Below, piece by piece: positions 38,111-47,499 of a DNA stretch of 64,000 bases. Position 1 is the stretch's first letter. Each line of letters begins with the position of its first letter. Source of the stretch: an uncultured Syntrophaceae bacterium (lineage in GTDB: Bacteria; Desulfobacterota; Syntrophia; Syntrophales; UBA4778); the NCBI GenBank assembly GCA_964597995.1, contig CAZRAC010000001.1, positions 23,556 to 87,555 of the forward strand, in the 5' to 3' direction. The notes beneath the pieces were generated by a model. It searched no databases and was not told the origin of the DNA. It worked only from the letters and a program-made list of their open reading frames with translations. The position numbers and the translations under genes are program-made.

Positions 38111-38854
38111 CTACCACCTTCCATGTCCTTTGTCTCCGCCTTCATGTCTCCCCGGAGATTGCCGTTGCTGTGATCCCCCATGACCTTTCTCCCCCCTGGG
38201 CTCTAAATCCCGTCCCTGGGGCCGCTCGCCCCTTGGTTCAAGATACCGCTCCTGTGGCTGACGTGGCTGAGATGGCTGTTGAACACTTCGCCCGTGCTCG
38301 TGCTGCAACTCTCTTTGGACTGCCGGCTTCTGCCGATATTGCTCCTGCCTTTGCCGTCTCAATTCCTGTCTCTGCTTTGGTGTTTGAGGTTTATAACCCT
38401 GGACATTCCAGACTTTTTTCTTCTCCCAATAGCGATTCGCTTGCCAAGTCTTCCAGTTTCTTTGAAGTTCATGGTGTGGAACATATTGGTGGTTCCAAGG
38501 ATGGCCATGCCAATTATGGGACCTGAAACAATCACGCCATCCCGAATCCACATAAAAGTAGAAGTTTGGAACACCGCCGTAATAAACCCACCCCCGGTCA
38601 TAATACTGAGAGCGATACCATCGCCCTCCCCATGGACGCCACCACCAACCGCCCCAGAAGAAAAGGTCCACTTCGATATAAGGGACTACATAGACATCAG
38701 GGGTGTCGGGTAATACGATAACAGCCGGCGGCCCCGAAAACGAGATAAGAGGCGGCAAACTTATTCCAATGTGGACATCAACATCTGCCGTTGCCCCGAC
38801 GGGTGAAAAAATCGTCGCTGCCAAAATTATCGCTCCGAAAAGTAGTTTTCTCAT
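38111..38854 (-). CDS. Secreted Trp/Tyr-rich, Gln/Arg-rich hypothetical protein
   Basis: 247 aa with a signal peptide. FFWGGWWWRPWGGRWYRSQYYDRGWVYYGG resembles WxxGxW/YXWGXW-type repeats. The tail is low-complexity and Q/R/E-rich. Confidence 0.55.
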   Translation of the reverse strand: MRKLLFGAIILAATIFSPVGATADVDVHIGISLPPLISFSGPPAVIVLPDTPDVYVVPYIEVDLFFWGGWWWRPWGGRWYRSQYYDRGWVYYGGVPNFYFYVDSGWRDCFRSHNWHGHPWNHQYVPHHELQRNWKTWQANRYWEKKKVWNVQGYKPQTPKQRQELRRQRQEQYRQKPAVQRELQHEHGRSVQQPSQPRQPQERYLEPRGERPQGRDLEPRGEKGHGGSQQRQSPGRHEGGDKGHGRW

Positions 38855-38858
38855 TTCG

Positions 38859-39341
38859 TTACCTCCTATGAGAAAGGACTTCTTTTTTCTGAATCTCCTT
38901 CAATGTGTCCTCATACTCGTCCTTGTGCCTTGTCTTAAGAGCTTTTTCAACCAGCAGCTTCGCTTCTTGAAGACGATCCTGCATAAGTAAAGCAACTGCC
39001 AGATTGTTCATCGCGTCGGTGTTGTTAGGGTCGAGTGTCAGTACTTTACGGAAAAAATCTTCAGATTTCTTGTAGTTTCCTGTCTTGCAAGCAAGATTCC
39101 CGAGATTGAAGTACGGTATCGGCCAGTCTTCGCGTTTCTTGACCGCCAGCAGGTACTCCTTCTCTGCGAGTTCGTAAGCCTTTTTCTGCTCGTAAACATA
39201 ACCAAGGTCATTATGTTGTTCCGCAGTAAGTGAATCCTCTATCATCACTATCTGGGGAAAGGTACAGGCAGACAGTGAAATTACAAGGAGCCAGATTGCT
39301 ACCGGTAAACAAGTAAGAAGCTGTTGCCTGTTTTTTGCCAT
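38859..39341 (-). CDS. TPR-repeat lipoprotein (TPR half of a PA2778-like protein)
   Basis: 160 aa. Lipobox LSAC. About three TPR motifs (GYVYEQKKAYELAEKEY, LGNLACKTGNYKKSEDFF..). Confidence 0.7.
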   Translation of the reverse strand: MAKNRQQLLTCLPVAIWLLVISLSACTFPQIVMIEDSLTAEQHNDLGYVYEQKKAYELAEKEYLLAVKKREDWPIPYFNLGNLACKTGNYKKSEDFFRKVLTLDPNNTDAMNNLAVALLMQDRLQEAKLLVEKALKTRHKDEYEDTLKEIQKKEVLSHRR

Positions 39342-39790
39342 ATCTTCTCAAATTCCTCGTAAGGATATTCCTGGGCCGGTTTAAGACCATCATGGACCAA
39401 AAACCCCCTATCGGAATATCCATAAACGACCAGGTAATGCATCCTGGATACCACCCAGAATCCCAAATCAACAAGAACGATGACGGGTTTATTGTTGAGG
39501 AGAATTTCTTTGATGTCGGCAATGGAGGCACGTCCTATCTTTGTCTGAAACCCCCTTTTTCTGCCGTAGTTCTCCAGGTCCGTTATCAGGGCACCTTTTA
39601 ATCCGGGAGAATATACCTCTTTCCCGATCGTTTTCTGATCAACATTATCGCCATAGTAGGATAGTACCGAAGAGAGGGCTGCTGGACCGCAATACTGCGT
39701 TTCCTGCCTGACAAAAGGCATACCATCTATGATGTACGTTGTACCGGCACCTTCTGCCAGGACGAGAAAGAAGATGATAAGGATATTCAA
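39299..39790 (-). CDS. C39-like cysteine peptidase (PA2778-family peptidase half)
   Basis: 163 aa. N-terminal signal or anchor. Q..YCGPAALSSVLSYYG (Gln/Cys) and HYLVVYGY..FLVHDG (His/Asp). Confidence 0.7.
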   Translation of the reverse strand: MNILIIFFLVLAEGAGTTYIIDGMPFVRQETQYCGPAALSSVLSYYGDNVDQKTIGKEVYSPGLKGALITDLENYGRKRGFQTKIGRASIADIKEILLNNKPVIVLVDLGFWVVSRMHYLVVYGYSDRGFLVHDGLKPAQEYPYEEFEKIWQKTGNSFLLVYR

Positions 39791-39799
39791 TGCGTTACT

Positions 39800-40195
39800 T
39801 TACTTTATGATGATCCTTTTATCCAAAAGCTTCAAAATAACAATGACCAGGATTATGATTACCAAGACAGCGATGACAAATCCAGCCCCGTCTCCACCTG
39901 CCAGAACCCGGTCCGAGGCCTGGGCCACTACCTGGATCTGCTCATCGGACATGCTGCTCAGCTTAGCCTTCACCTCTTCGACAGACAGGCCGTAAGCCTG
40001 CAGTTTATCGGCTACAATTTGCATTTCCAGGACTTTCTTAACCTTGTCGATCTCTGCTTCTTTGCCCTTGCCGGCCATCTCAATTGATGACGGCATAGAA
40101 GAAATCAAGCCGGCCATGGCCGGAAAACTCACGAAGAAGACAAGATAAGTTGCCATAAACAGCGCTACAACCGGAATTTTAAACTTGTCCAACAT
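39800..40195 (-). CDS. PA2779-family-like small membrane-anchored protein
   Basis: 131 aa from ATG 40195, which has an AGGAGG RBS upstream; the listed 200-aa ORF is over-extended. YGLSVEEVKAKLSSMSDEQIQVVA....AGGD followed by a C-terminal TM helix. Confidence 0.55.
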   Translation of the reverse strand: MLDKFKIPVVALFMATYLVFFVSFPAMAGLISSMPSSIEMAGKGKEAEIDKVKKVLEMQIVADKLQAYGLSVEEVKAKLSSMSDEQIQVVAQASDRVLAGGDGAGFVIAVLVIIILVIVILKLLDKRIIIK

Positions 40196-40952
40196 ATTCG
40201 ACCATCTCCTCCTTTGCGGTATCGATACTGAGGTGTCAAAAGTGTCTATCAACAGAAATACGCATCGAAATGAAGCATAACGTGCGTCGAAACGCAACAA
40301 AATTTTCATGCCTGTAGCGGCATCCACGGATGCCTTCAAGGCGCGGTTCACCCAGATAATCAGAAACGGTATCGACGCCATCTTCAGGCAGATGGCCTTC
40401 AATATCTTTCGTAGAGGTAAAGTACTGGGGACAGTATAGATGGAAAGAGGTGTGTGTCCAGGGTTGTAGATATGGACAGGGGGACTCCCGCCTGGTGGGT
40501 GAAAACAGCATTTGGGAGGTGAATAGTGATGACATAGCAGTCACGGTTATCGTCATCCAGCAATAGGCAACTTTATCGCATCCCCGTTTTTGAGCAAATC
40601 GGGGATAGAAATAGGACGTTCGTGAAATTTAGAGAAATTCAAAGGTCTCGATTATTTTATACTTCGCCATACGTGCAAGAGTGAAAAGTCCCGGGGTTTG
40701 ATGTGGTTCTAACTCGTCGAAATCGGGGCGTAGGGCCGAGCCAAAGAACACCGATGACAAACCATGTTTACGGTTAGCGTCGGTCGGTGTCAAGAGATTT
40801 CCCAGGGGTAGATAGACCCTCCGGGAAGGCACTGCGGTGTCTTTTTAAAGTTCTCCCCCATTATGCCGATGTAAATATCAACCGCAACAGCCGGGGCCGG
40901 GCGCAAAACGGCTCCGAAAAGGCGTAAATGATTTCAAGGAGGATACTTAAAT

Positions 40953-42764
40953 ATGAAGATGCAAGGGCTGAGGGCAAAACTGATGGTGTGGGGGATAATT
41001 CTGTCGGTGATCCCCGTCGTCATCTTGGGGTTGATGACGTATTTTTGGACCGCACGGAGCATGGAAGAGGAGGTGAACAACAAGACCCTCATGCAGGCCA
41101 AGAGTTCGGCCCAGATGGTGGACGCCATCATATCAGCAGAAGCCGTCAACATGGCTATACATGCTCGGAGCAAGGAGGTGTTGGAGGCCGTCAAAGAGGC
41201 CAACGGCGGTGCGCCGGGGGAAAAGGCGGCCCGTCTGACGAACACAATGGTTCAATGGCAGGCCGTCGCCGGGGATCGCTATGAATTAGTGGTCGTAGCG
41301 GACAGAAACGGCGTCATCTTCGCCGACAGCGGGGGGGGAGGGGCCAAGGGCGTAAACATGGCCGATCGTGAGTACTTCAAGCTGGCCATGCAGGGGAAGC
41401 CGAGCTTGGACAACGTGGTGATGAACAAAGTAACGGGCAACCCTACCAGCATCGTCTCCCAGCCGGTCGTCGGCGAGGACGGCAGCGCAATCGGCGCTAT
41501 CGCCGCCACCCTAAAGATTGACCCCATCGCGCAAAAGCTCAACGAGATAAAGCTGGGGAAGACGGGGTATGTGTATGCGATGAACAAACAGGGTCTGTTC
41601 ATCATGCACCCCGACTCAAAACGGATCTTGAAGACCAATTTAGCCACGGAGAAAGGGATGGAGGCCTTCGCCCAGATCTCCCTCTCCGGGAAAGAAGGGG
41701 TAGGGGAATACACGCTCGACGGGGTAAGAAAATTGGCCGGTTTTATCCCGGTGAAGAGCACGGGGTGGGTCGTGGTCGCGGCCGTGAATAAAAACGAGGT
41801 CATGTCGATAGCCTACACGATCAGGAACATGATCCTGGGGTGTATCATCATCGTCGTCCTCGCCGCCGGTTGCTTCGCCTTCTTCGGCGCCCGGGCAATC
41901 GCCAAGCCGATCCAGGTTGCGGTCGAGAAGACGACGGCGAGTTCCGAGCAGATCGCCTCGGCGAGCGCACAGGTTGCCTCGGCGAGCCAAGCATTAGCGG
42001 AAGGCACATCCGAGCAGGCGGCCGCCGTGGAGGAGACGTCTTCCTCCCTGGAAGAGATGTCATCGATGACGAAAACCAACGCGGACAACGCCGCAGCGGC
42101 CAACGCCCTCATGACCGAGGCCAAAGAGATCGTCGCCCAGGCGGAGGCCTCCATGGAGAAACTCACGCGGTCGATGGCGGAGGTGAGCAAGGCCAGTGAA
42201 GAGACATCGAAGATAGTGAAGACCATCGATGAAATCGCCTTCCAGACGAACCTCCTCGCCCTCAATGCGGCCGTCGAGGCGGCCCGGGCGGGTGAGGCCG
42301 GGGCGGGCTTCGCCGTCGTCGCCGAGGAGGTGCGCAATCTCGCGCTCCGGGCGGCACAGGCGGCCAAAGAAACGTCTCTCCTCATCGAGGGTACGGTCGG
42401 GAAGGTGAAGGATGGGACGGGGTTGCTGGAGGTGACGAACAAGCAATTCATCGAGGTGGCCAAGAGCGCCCTCAAGGTCGCCGAGTTGGTGGGTGAGATA
42501 TCGGCCGCCTCCCGCGAACAGGCCCTCGGCATAGAACAGGTCAGCAAGGCGGTGACGGAGATGGAAAGGGTCGTTCAACGGAACGCGGCCTCTGCCGAAG
42601 AGTCGGCCTCCGCCGCGCAGGAGATGAGTTCCCAGGCCGCCGTCCTCAAAAAAGAAGTGGTCGAGAACCTGCTGGTCGTGATCGGGGGAGGGAACAACCA
42701 CGCCGTCGCCCCGGCCGCGATCCCGCAAACAAAAGAGAAACAAGAGTTCGCTTGGACGGAGTAA
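40953..42764 (+). CDS. Methyl-accepting chemotaxis protein with a periplasmic dCache domain
   Basis: 603 aa. TM, Cache-like sensor (DREYFK.., [17 protein letters not shown]), TM, HAMP, then the conserved signalling hairpin [26 protein letters not shown]. Confidence 0.9.
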   Translation: MKMQGLRAKLMVWGIILSVIPVVILGLMTYFWTARSMEEEVNNKTLMQAKSSAQMVDAIISAEAVNMAIHARSKEVLEAVKEANGGAPGEKAARLTNTMVQWQAVAGDRYELVVVADRNGVIFADSGGGGAKGVNMADREYFKLAMQGKPSLDNVVMNKVTGNPTSIVSQPVVGEDGSAIGAIAATLKIDPIAQKLNEIKLGKTGYVYAMNKQGLFIMHPDSKRILKTNLATEKGMEAFAQISLSGKEGVGEYTLDGVRKLAGFIPVKSTGWVVVAAVNKNEVMSIAYTIRNMILGCIIIVVLAAGCFAFFGARAIAKPIQVAVEKTTASSEQIASASAQVASASQALAEGTSEQAAAVEETSSSLEEMSSMTKTNADNAAAANALMTEAKEIVAQAEASMEKLTRSMAEVSKASEETSKIVKTIDEIAFQTNLLALNAAVEAARAGEAGAGFAVVAEEVRNLALRAAQAAKETSLLIEGTVGKVKDGTGLLEVTNKQFIEVAKSALKVAELVGEISAASREQALGIEQVSKAVTEMERVVQRNAASAEESASAAQEMSSQAAVLKKEVVENLLVVIGGGNNHAVAPAAIPQTKEKQEFAWTE

Positions 42765-42788
42765 GACCTTTGAAAAATGACCGCTCAT

Positions 42789-42902
42789 GTCATTCCGACG
42801 AAAGTCGGAATCCAGAACCTCTTGAAAATGCTGGATTCCCCCGTATCGGAGCCTGCCCCGTACCCGATACGGGGGGCAGGCTTAAGTCAAGCACGGAATG
42901 AC
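42789..42902 (+). repeat. Core-only, diverged relative of the MITE family (copy C)
   Basis: GTCATTCCGACGAAAGTCGGAATCCAG...CCCCCGTATCGG..CCGATACGGGGG..CGGAATGAC has the same hairpin modules as copies A and B. It lacks the GTAAAAAGTC termini and is bounded by its own inverted repeat GTCATTCCG/CGGAATGAC. Confidence 0.55.
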
Positions 42903-42956
42903 GCCGAGGCCATTGAATGACAAATTCAAAGGCCTCGGCGTAATCCTTGTCCCTTC

Positions 42957-42994
42957 GGGGCCCGGAGCCGAGGAGGCGCCGGGCCCCTTTTTTT
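42957..42994 (+). terminator. Rho-independent terminator
   Basis: GGGGCCCGG - 13-nt loop - CCGGGCCCC followed by TTTTTTT. It lies downstream of the MCP gene. Confidence 0.6.
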
Positions 42995-43029
42995 CTTATG
43001 GGCGCCTTCCCCTTAACGGCCCGACAGTC

Positions 43030-43524
43030 TCAAGAAAACTCGACAAAGGCCTTTTCTTTCGCCCCACAGACGGGACATTCGTCGGGCAACACCCCGTCGG
43101 AGACGTAACCACAGACGGTGCACACATAGTACGTCGTTTCTCTTTCTTCCATCAGGTGGTTCATGGCCTCTTTGTACAGCCGGGCATGTATTTCCTCTAC
43201 GTCCCGACTCTGACTGAAGTGGATCACGGCCGCCCTGTCTCCCTCCGCTTCGGCGATTTTAATGAACTCGCCGTACGCCGTCTGGGCGACCGATTCCTCG
43301 GACTCGAAACTCGCCTTCAGGTTTTCCTCTGTGGATTTCACCTCCCGGAGCAGCTTGAGCGCCCTTTTCGCGTGTATCTCTTCTGAAAAAGCGACGACGG
43401 AGAACAGGCTCGCGACCTGGCGGTAGCCCTCCTGTGCCGCCTTTTCCGCGTATATCTTCAGCCTGACCGCCGCCTTTGCCTCGCCCGTGTACGCCTGGTG
43501 GAGCGCATCTTTTACTGTCGTCAT
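43030..43524 (-). CDS. rbr: Rubrerythrin
   Basis: Start ATG 43524 (GGAGGAGGG RBS). Ferritin-like diiron domain (YTGEAKA, E..H motifs) plus a C-terminal rubredoxin-like CTVCGY...CPVCG. Confidence 0.85.
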   Translation of the reverse strand: MTTVKDALHQAYTGEAKAAVRLKIYAEKAAQEGYRQVASLFSVVAFSEEIHAKRALKLLREVKSTEENLKASFESEESVAQTAYGEFIKIAEAEGDRAAVIHFSQSRDVEEIHARLYKEAMNHLMEERETTYYVCTVCGYVSDGVLPDECPVCGAKEKAFVEFS

Positions 43525-43529
43525 GGCAT

Positions 43530-43694
43530 CTATCCCTCCTCCGGAGAAAATTCTTCTTTCCCTGAACCGCAGATAGGACACGTCCAGTCGTCGGGAAGTT
43601 CTTCGAACGGCGTTCCCGGGGGGATATTACCGTCCGGGTCGCCGGCGGCAGGGTCATACACGTAACCGCACACATTGCACACGTACTTTTTCAT
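43530..43694 (-). CDS. rd: Rubredoxin
   Basis: 54 aa, too short for the ORF track. Hand translation: [54 protein letters not shown], with both CxxCG knuckles. Confidence 0.85.
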   Translation of the reverse strand: MKKYVCNVCGYVYDPAAGDPDGNIPPGTPFEELPDDWTCPICGSGKEEFSPEEG

Positions 43695-43707
43695 CTCCCA
43701 CTCCTTC

Positions 43708-44907
43708 TCAAGCGTTTAGTATATCGGCCAATTTCTCCCCCAACTCCCGGCAGGCGGCAAGGTCGGAAGTAGTCGGGACGTGCCTGACCCGCAGGGGTTC
43801 CAACGGCAACGCCGCCTTCATCTCCTTGAGGACCTCGTTTACCTGGAGGGTGCCCTCGCCGCTCCACCCGTAAGAACCGAAGGCGGCGCCGACGACGTTC
43901 AGCGGCCGCAGGCCCTTCAAGTAAGTGAGGACGTCTGCTACCTTGGGGAGCATGTTGTTGTTCAGGGTGGATGTGCCGACGACGAGGGCCGCCGCGTCGA
44001 GCATCTCGTATGCGATATCGCTGCGGTGGAACGCGTCGACGGCCATGACCTTGGCCGGGACGCCCCGGGATGAAAGTCCCTCGCCGATGTAACGGGCCAT
44101 TTTCTCCGTGCTGTGCCACATGGTGCCGTAGACTACCACCGCCTTCTTCGCCCGCTTCTGCTGGGCCCACCGGCGATAACGTTCTACGATCCATCCGGGG
44201 TTCCGGCGCCATACGGGGCCGTGGTCCGGGGCGATCACATCGAAGCTCAGGCCCGCCGAGTCTACCCTGGCAAGGAGCTTGGTCATCAGTCCCGCATAAG
44301 GGAGAAGAATGTTAGCAAAGTACGTAGCCGCCTCGTATTCGAGGACGGCGGTGTCGACCTCGTCGGCGAAGCGCTCATGGGAGGCCAGGTGCATACCGAA
44401 GGCGTCATGGGAAAACAGGAGTTTCTCCTCCTGGAGGTAGGTGAACATGCTGTCGGGCCAATGCAACATCCGCGTCTCCATGAAGGATAAGGTCATGTTG
44501 CCGAGGGAGACCGACCGGCCGTCGGCGACGGCTGTGATCCCCGTCGAGAGGGAAGGCGAAAGTTCGGCCAAGGTTTTGACCCCCATAGGAGAGGCGTACA
44601 CCTCCCGGGGCCGAATTTCTTCTATCACCTCCGCCAGACAACCGGAATGGTCCATCTCGGAATGGTTGGAGACGACGACCTCGACCTTCCGGGGGTCTAT
44701 GACTGAGGCAACGCGGGAGAGAAACTCTTCCTTGAAAGGCTTCTTCACTGTGTCGACGAGGGTTACCCTGTCGGCAAGGATCAGATAGGCGTTGTACGAA
44801 GAGCCCCGCCGCGTCGTGTAACCGTGAAAGTCGCGGAGCGTCCAGTCGACGGCGCCTACCCAGTAAACTCTTTCCGTGATGGGAATCGCACGATACGCTT
44901 CGGCCAT
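43708..44907 (-). CDS. fprA: FprA-family A-type flavodiiron protein (rubredoxin:oxygen/NO oxidoreductase)
   Basis: 399 aa. Metallo-beta-lactamase-like N-terminal half ([10 protein letters not shown]) plus a flavodoxin-like C-terminal half ([15 protein letters not shown]). Confidence 0.85.
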   Translation of the reverse strand: MAEAYRAIPITERVYWVGAVDWTLRDFHGYTTRRGSSYNAYLILADRVTLVDTVKKPFKEEFLSRVASVIDPRKVEVVVSNHSEMDHSGCLAEVIEEIRPREVYASPMGVKTLAELSPSLSTGITAVADGRSVSLGNMTLSFMETRMLHWPDSMFTYLQEEKLLFSHDAFGMHLASHERFADEVDTAVLEYEAATYFANILLPYAGLMTKLLARVDSAGLSFDVIAPDHGPVWRRNPGWIVERYRRWAQQKRAKKAVVVYGTMWHSTEKMARYIGEGLSSRGVPAKVMAVDAFHRSDIAYEMLDAAALVVGTSTLNNNMLPKVADVLTYLKGLRPLNVVGAAFGSYGWSGEGTLQVNEVLKEMKAALPLEPLRVRHVPTTSDLAACRELGEKLADILNA

Positions 44908-45260
44908 GGTACATCCTCCTTCCCGAGATATTCGACCGGTCTGTCCTTACGGCCTCGTAAAAACCCGCGGCCGGTTTCGACGCCGGGTCATAAAGAACCC
45001 GGCCCTGTCTCTCTCCAAGTCATTCCTGCATCTATGCCGCTTGAATAAGGTTTCTACCACAGGCCACAAGAAAGTTCAACGCAAATGTTGGTCATTCTAC
45101 AGTTATTTTAACCAGTTAGAACTGAAGGTGTTTTACGAAGGGTCACAGATAATCGGAAAATCTCCGAGGGCAGTGAAAATCAGGCGTCGCTATGGCTGTA
45201 TCATCGCGAGGATGAAAAAGGATTCGTAGGCTGTGTGCCCCGTTCCTCGCAACCGGGTCA

Positions 45261-46400
45261 TTACAAGCAAATTCCCGCCTTCGCGGCAAGCCCGGAAATG
45301 ACTCCCCGTCCTCTTCCGGGATTTCGGTTCTGGACGCTCACCCACTCAACCAGTTTTTTCAAGGGTCTTCCCGACTCCACTTCCTCGAGGGCGGTCTGAA
45401 CGCCGTCCCTGAGCGAAAGAGACTTGCCGGCAAGCCACAATATGATGCCGGCATTGAAAGCCACAATGTCCGTCCGCGATTTCTTTCCCCTTCCCGCAAG
45501 GGTTCTTAGTGCGTCCACCGATTCATCCGCCACGCCTTCCATCGGCCGGATATCCTCATAGCTCCCCCTTGTCAGTCCCGCATCTTCCGGGTATAGTTCC
45601 AGGTACTCCACGTCGCCATCTTCTTTCAGAAGGCCGAGCCTTGACTTCCCCAGGGTCGATAGTTCATCCATCCCCCTGTCCCCCTTCTCGTCCCAGCCGT
45701 GGTATACGACCGCTTTACGGTACCCAATCCGCCGCATTACCTCGATCGTCGGTTCTATCTGACCCGGAGACCCAACACCGCGGGCTCCCAGGGACGGCAG
45801 CGCCGGATTGGCGAGGGACGCGGCGATATTCAGTGTCGTCCCGAACCGTATCTGCGAGAGGACCCTCCCCAAACCCCCGGGATGAACCTTCGGACTCATA
45901 CCGTTGAAGAGGCCGAGACCGCATATTTCGACCGACCGCGACACTATACCCACATCACAATCTACGTCAACGCCAAGGGCCCGACACAGGTCCACGGTGC
46001 CGCATCGGGAGGTTATCGCCGCCGCGCCGTGTCTCGCGAGACGGACGCCCTTGCTCGCGGCGACTATTGCGGAAAGGGTGCTTATATTGAAGGTTTTCAG
46101 AGAATCCATCCCCGTCCCGCAGTTATCGACAAGGGTGTCTCTATCGATCTTTACCTTGTTTGTGTCGAGGTTATAGATCGCATCGAAGCACCCCGCGATT
46201 TCCTCGACGGTTTCTCCTTTCATCCTCAGCGCTGCCAGAAAAGCGCCCTTTTGCAGATCCGGCTGATCCCCGAAGAGGATGTCCGAAAAGGCCTCCCTGA
46301 CTGTCTCCCGGGAGAGATTTTCCCTTGCCATCAGCGAAATTATGAGCATTCCGAAGTGTTTCAATTTTTGCTCTTCCATCGCGGCGTTCTCCTTCCTCAA
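45261..46400 (-). CDS. Divergent anthranilate phosphoribosyltransferase (TrpD/glycosyltransferase family 3)-like protein
   Basis: 379 aa. LAALRMKGET.EEI and DNCGTGMDSLKTFNISTLSAIVAAS match the TrpD fold. The canonical GTGGD and KHGNR motifs are altered (GTGMD, RHGAAA). Confidence 0.7.
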   Translation of the reverse strand: MRKENAAMEEQKLKHFGMLIISLMARENLSRETVREAFSDILFGDQPDLQKGAFLAALRMKGETVEEIAGCFDAIYNLDTNKVKIDRDTLVDNCGTGMDSLKTFNISTLSAIVAASKGVRLARHGAAAITSRCGTVDLCRALGVDVDCDVGIVSRSVEICGLGLFNGMSPKVHPGGLGRVLSQIRFGTTLNIAASLANPALPSLGARGVGSPGQIEPTIEVMRRIGYRKAVVYHGWDEKGDRGMDELSTLGKSRLGLLKEDGDVEYLELYPEDAGLTRGSYEDIRPMEGVADESVDALRTLAGRGKKSRTDIVAFNAGIILWLAGKSLSLRDGVQTALEEVESGRPLKKLVEWVSVQNRNPGRGRGVISGLAAKAGICL

Positions 46401-47419
46401 AATCTATCGATGATCACTTTTTTCGTTTCATGCTTCTCCAGCATTTCCATGCCTTTCACGATATCGGTCAGGGGGATCCTGCGTGTGTTCAAAAAAGAGA
46501 CGTCTACACCGCCTCCCGCGAGCATGCCAAGCGCCCTGTCAAAGTCTTTTTTGTTACATCCGTACGACCCTGCGAGGGTGATTTCCCGGTAATGCAGTCT
46601 GTTTATATCGACCGGGATGAGGGGTTTTTCGCCGTCTGTCCCTGAAAACAACGACACGCATCCGCCTGGCTTCATCACGTCCCAGAAGGGCCATGAAAGC
46701 CCCCCGCTGCATGCCGGGATGACCAGATCGATCTCGCCGGCAATTTTCATTTCCCTCAATCTTTCCGTAACGTTTGCCCTCGATACATCGAGCGGCATAA
46801 CACCTTCCGGCAACTCGCCGGCAAGCCTCCGGGGGTCGCGGTCGGCCATTATCACACAGTCCCAGCCTTCCGACTGCAGTAGGGCCGCAAACAGACTTCC
46901 CATGGCGCCGGCCCCGACGATGAGCGCCGCACCCTTGCTTATTTGCTTGAACTTGTCCGTGGCGCTCAAACAACACGCCAGCGGTTCCGCCAGGACGGCA
47001 TCCTCATTTTTGAGGTGGAGCGGGATGGGAACGAGGGACTTCGTCTCCTCTTCCGCGAAGGGAATTATCGTCTGAAAAAAACCGTCTTTATTGAAGCCGT
47101 AAATGTGGAGCGCTCCGCAGCGTCCGGTATGACCGCTCTTACAGGCGTTACAGGCGCCGCAGTAAGAGCCGGGGTAGACAGCCACCCTGACTCCCGCCTT
47201 GAACAGGGGGTTTTCACTTTCTACGATCACACCGACCCCTTCGTGACCCAACACCCGCGGATATACGAGATCCTTGTGTCCTCTCCGCACCATCTTGATA
47301 TCCGTTCTGCATATGGCCACCGCCTCCATAGCAACGAGGACGCCCCCGGGAGGAAGTGAAGGCCGGCTGGTTTGGACCACCGCAAGCGCCCCGATTTGTT
47401 TCAGCAAAGCCCTTTTCAT
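46397..47419 (-). CDS. Zn-dependent MDR-family dehydrogenase (threonine/sorbitol dehydrogenase-like)
   Basis: Start ATG 47419 (GGAG RBS). Catalytic Zn ligands AICRTD and GHEGVG. Structural Zn CGACNACKSGHTGRC. GAGAMG NAD motif. Confidence 0.8.
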   Translation of the reverse strand: MKRALLKQIGALAVVQTSRPSLPPGGVLVAMEAVAICRTDIKMVRRGHKDLVYPRVLGHEGVGVIVESENPLFKAGVRVAVYPGSYCGACNACKSGHTGRCGALHIYGFNKDGFFQTIIPFAEEETKSLVPIPLHLKNEDAVLAEPLACCLSATDKFKQISKGAALIVGAGAMGSLFAALLQSEGWDCVIMADRDPRRLAGELPEGVMPLDVSRANVTERLREMKIAGEIDLVIPACSGGLSWPFWDVMKPGGCVSLFSGTDGEKPLIPVDINRLHYREITLAGSYGCNKKDFDRALGMLAGGGVDVSFLNTRRIPLTDIVKGMEMLEKHETKKVIIDRF

Positions 47420-47435
47420 TTTCGATTCACTCCAT

Positions 47436-47483
47436 AAAAAAAGCCGCTTGAAACACACACAGCATGTGTTCCAGGCGGCTTTT
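47436..47483 (-). terminator. Riboswitch expression-platform terminator
   Basis: Minus strand: AAGCCGCCTGGAACACA-TGC-TGTGTGTTTCAAGCGGCTT followed by TTTTTTT. It lies 17 nt upstream of the start codon at 47419. Confidence 0.6.
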
Positions 47484-47499
47484 GGCATCACCTAACCTG

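Noticed and set aside
40196-40952. A ~750-bp gap with no assignable feature upstream of the MCP gene, considered for an sRNA, riboswitch or small ORFs (for example 40629..40832)
   Set aside because: I could not recognise any conserved RNA motif, terminator or credible coding signal by eye. It would need RNA-seq or covariance-model scans.
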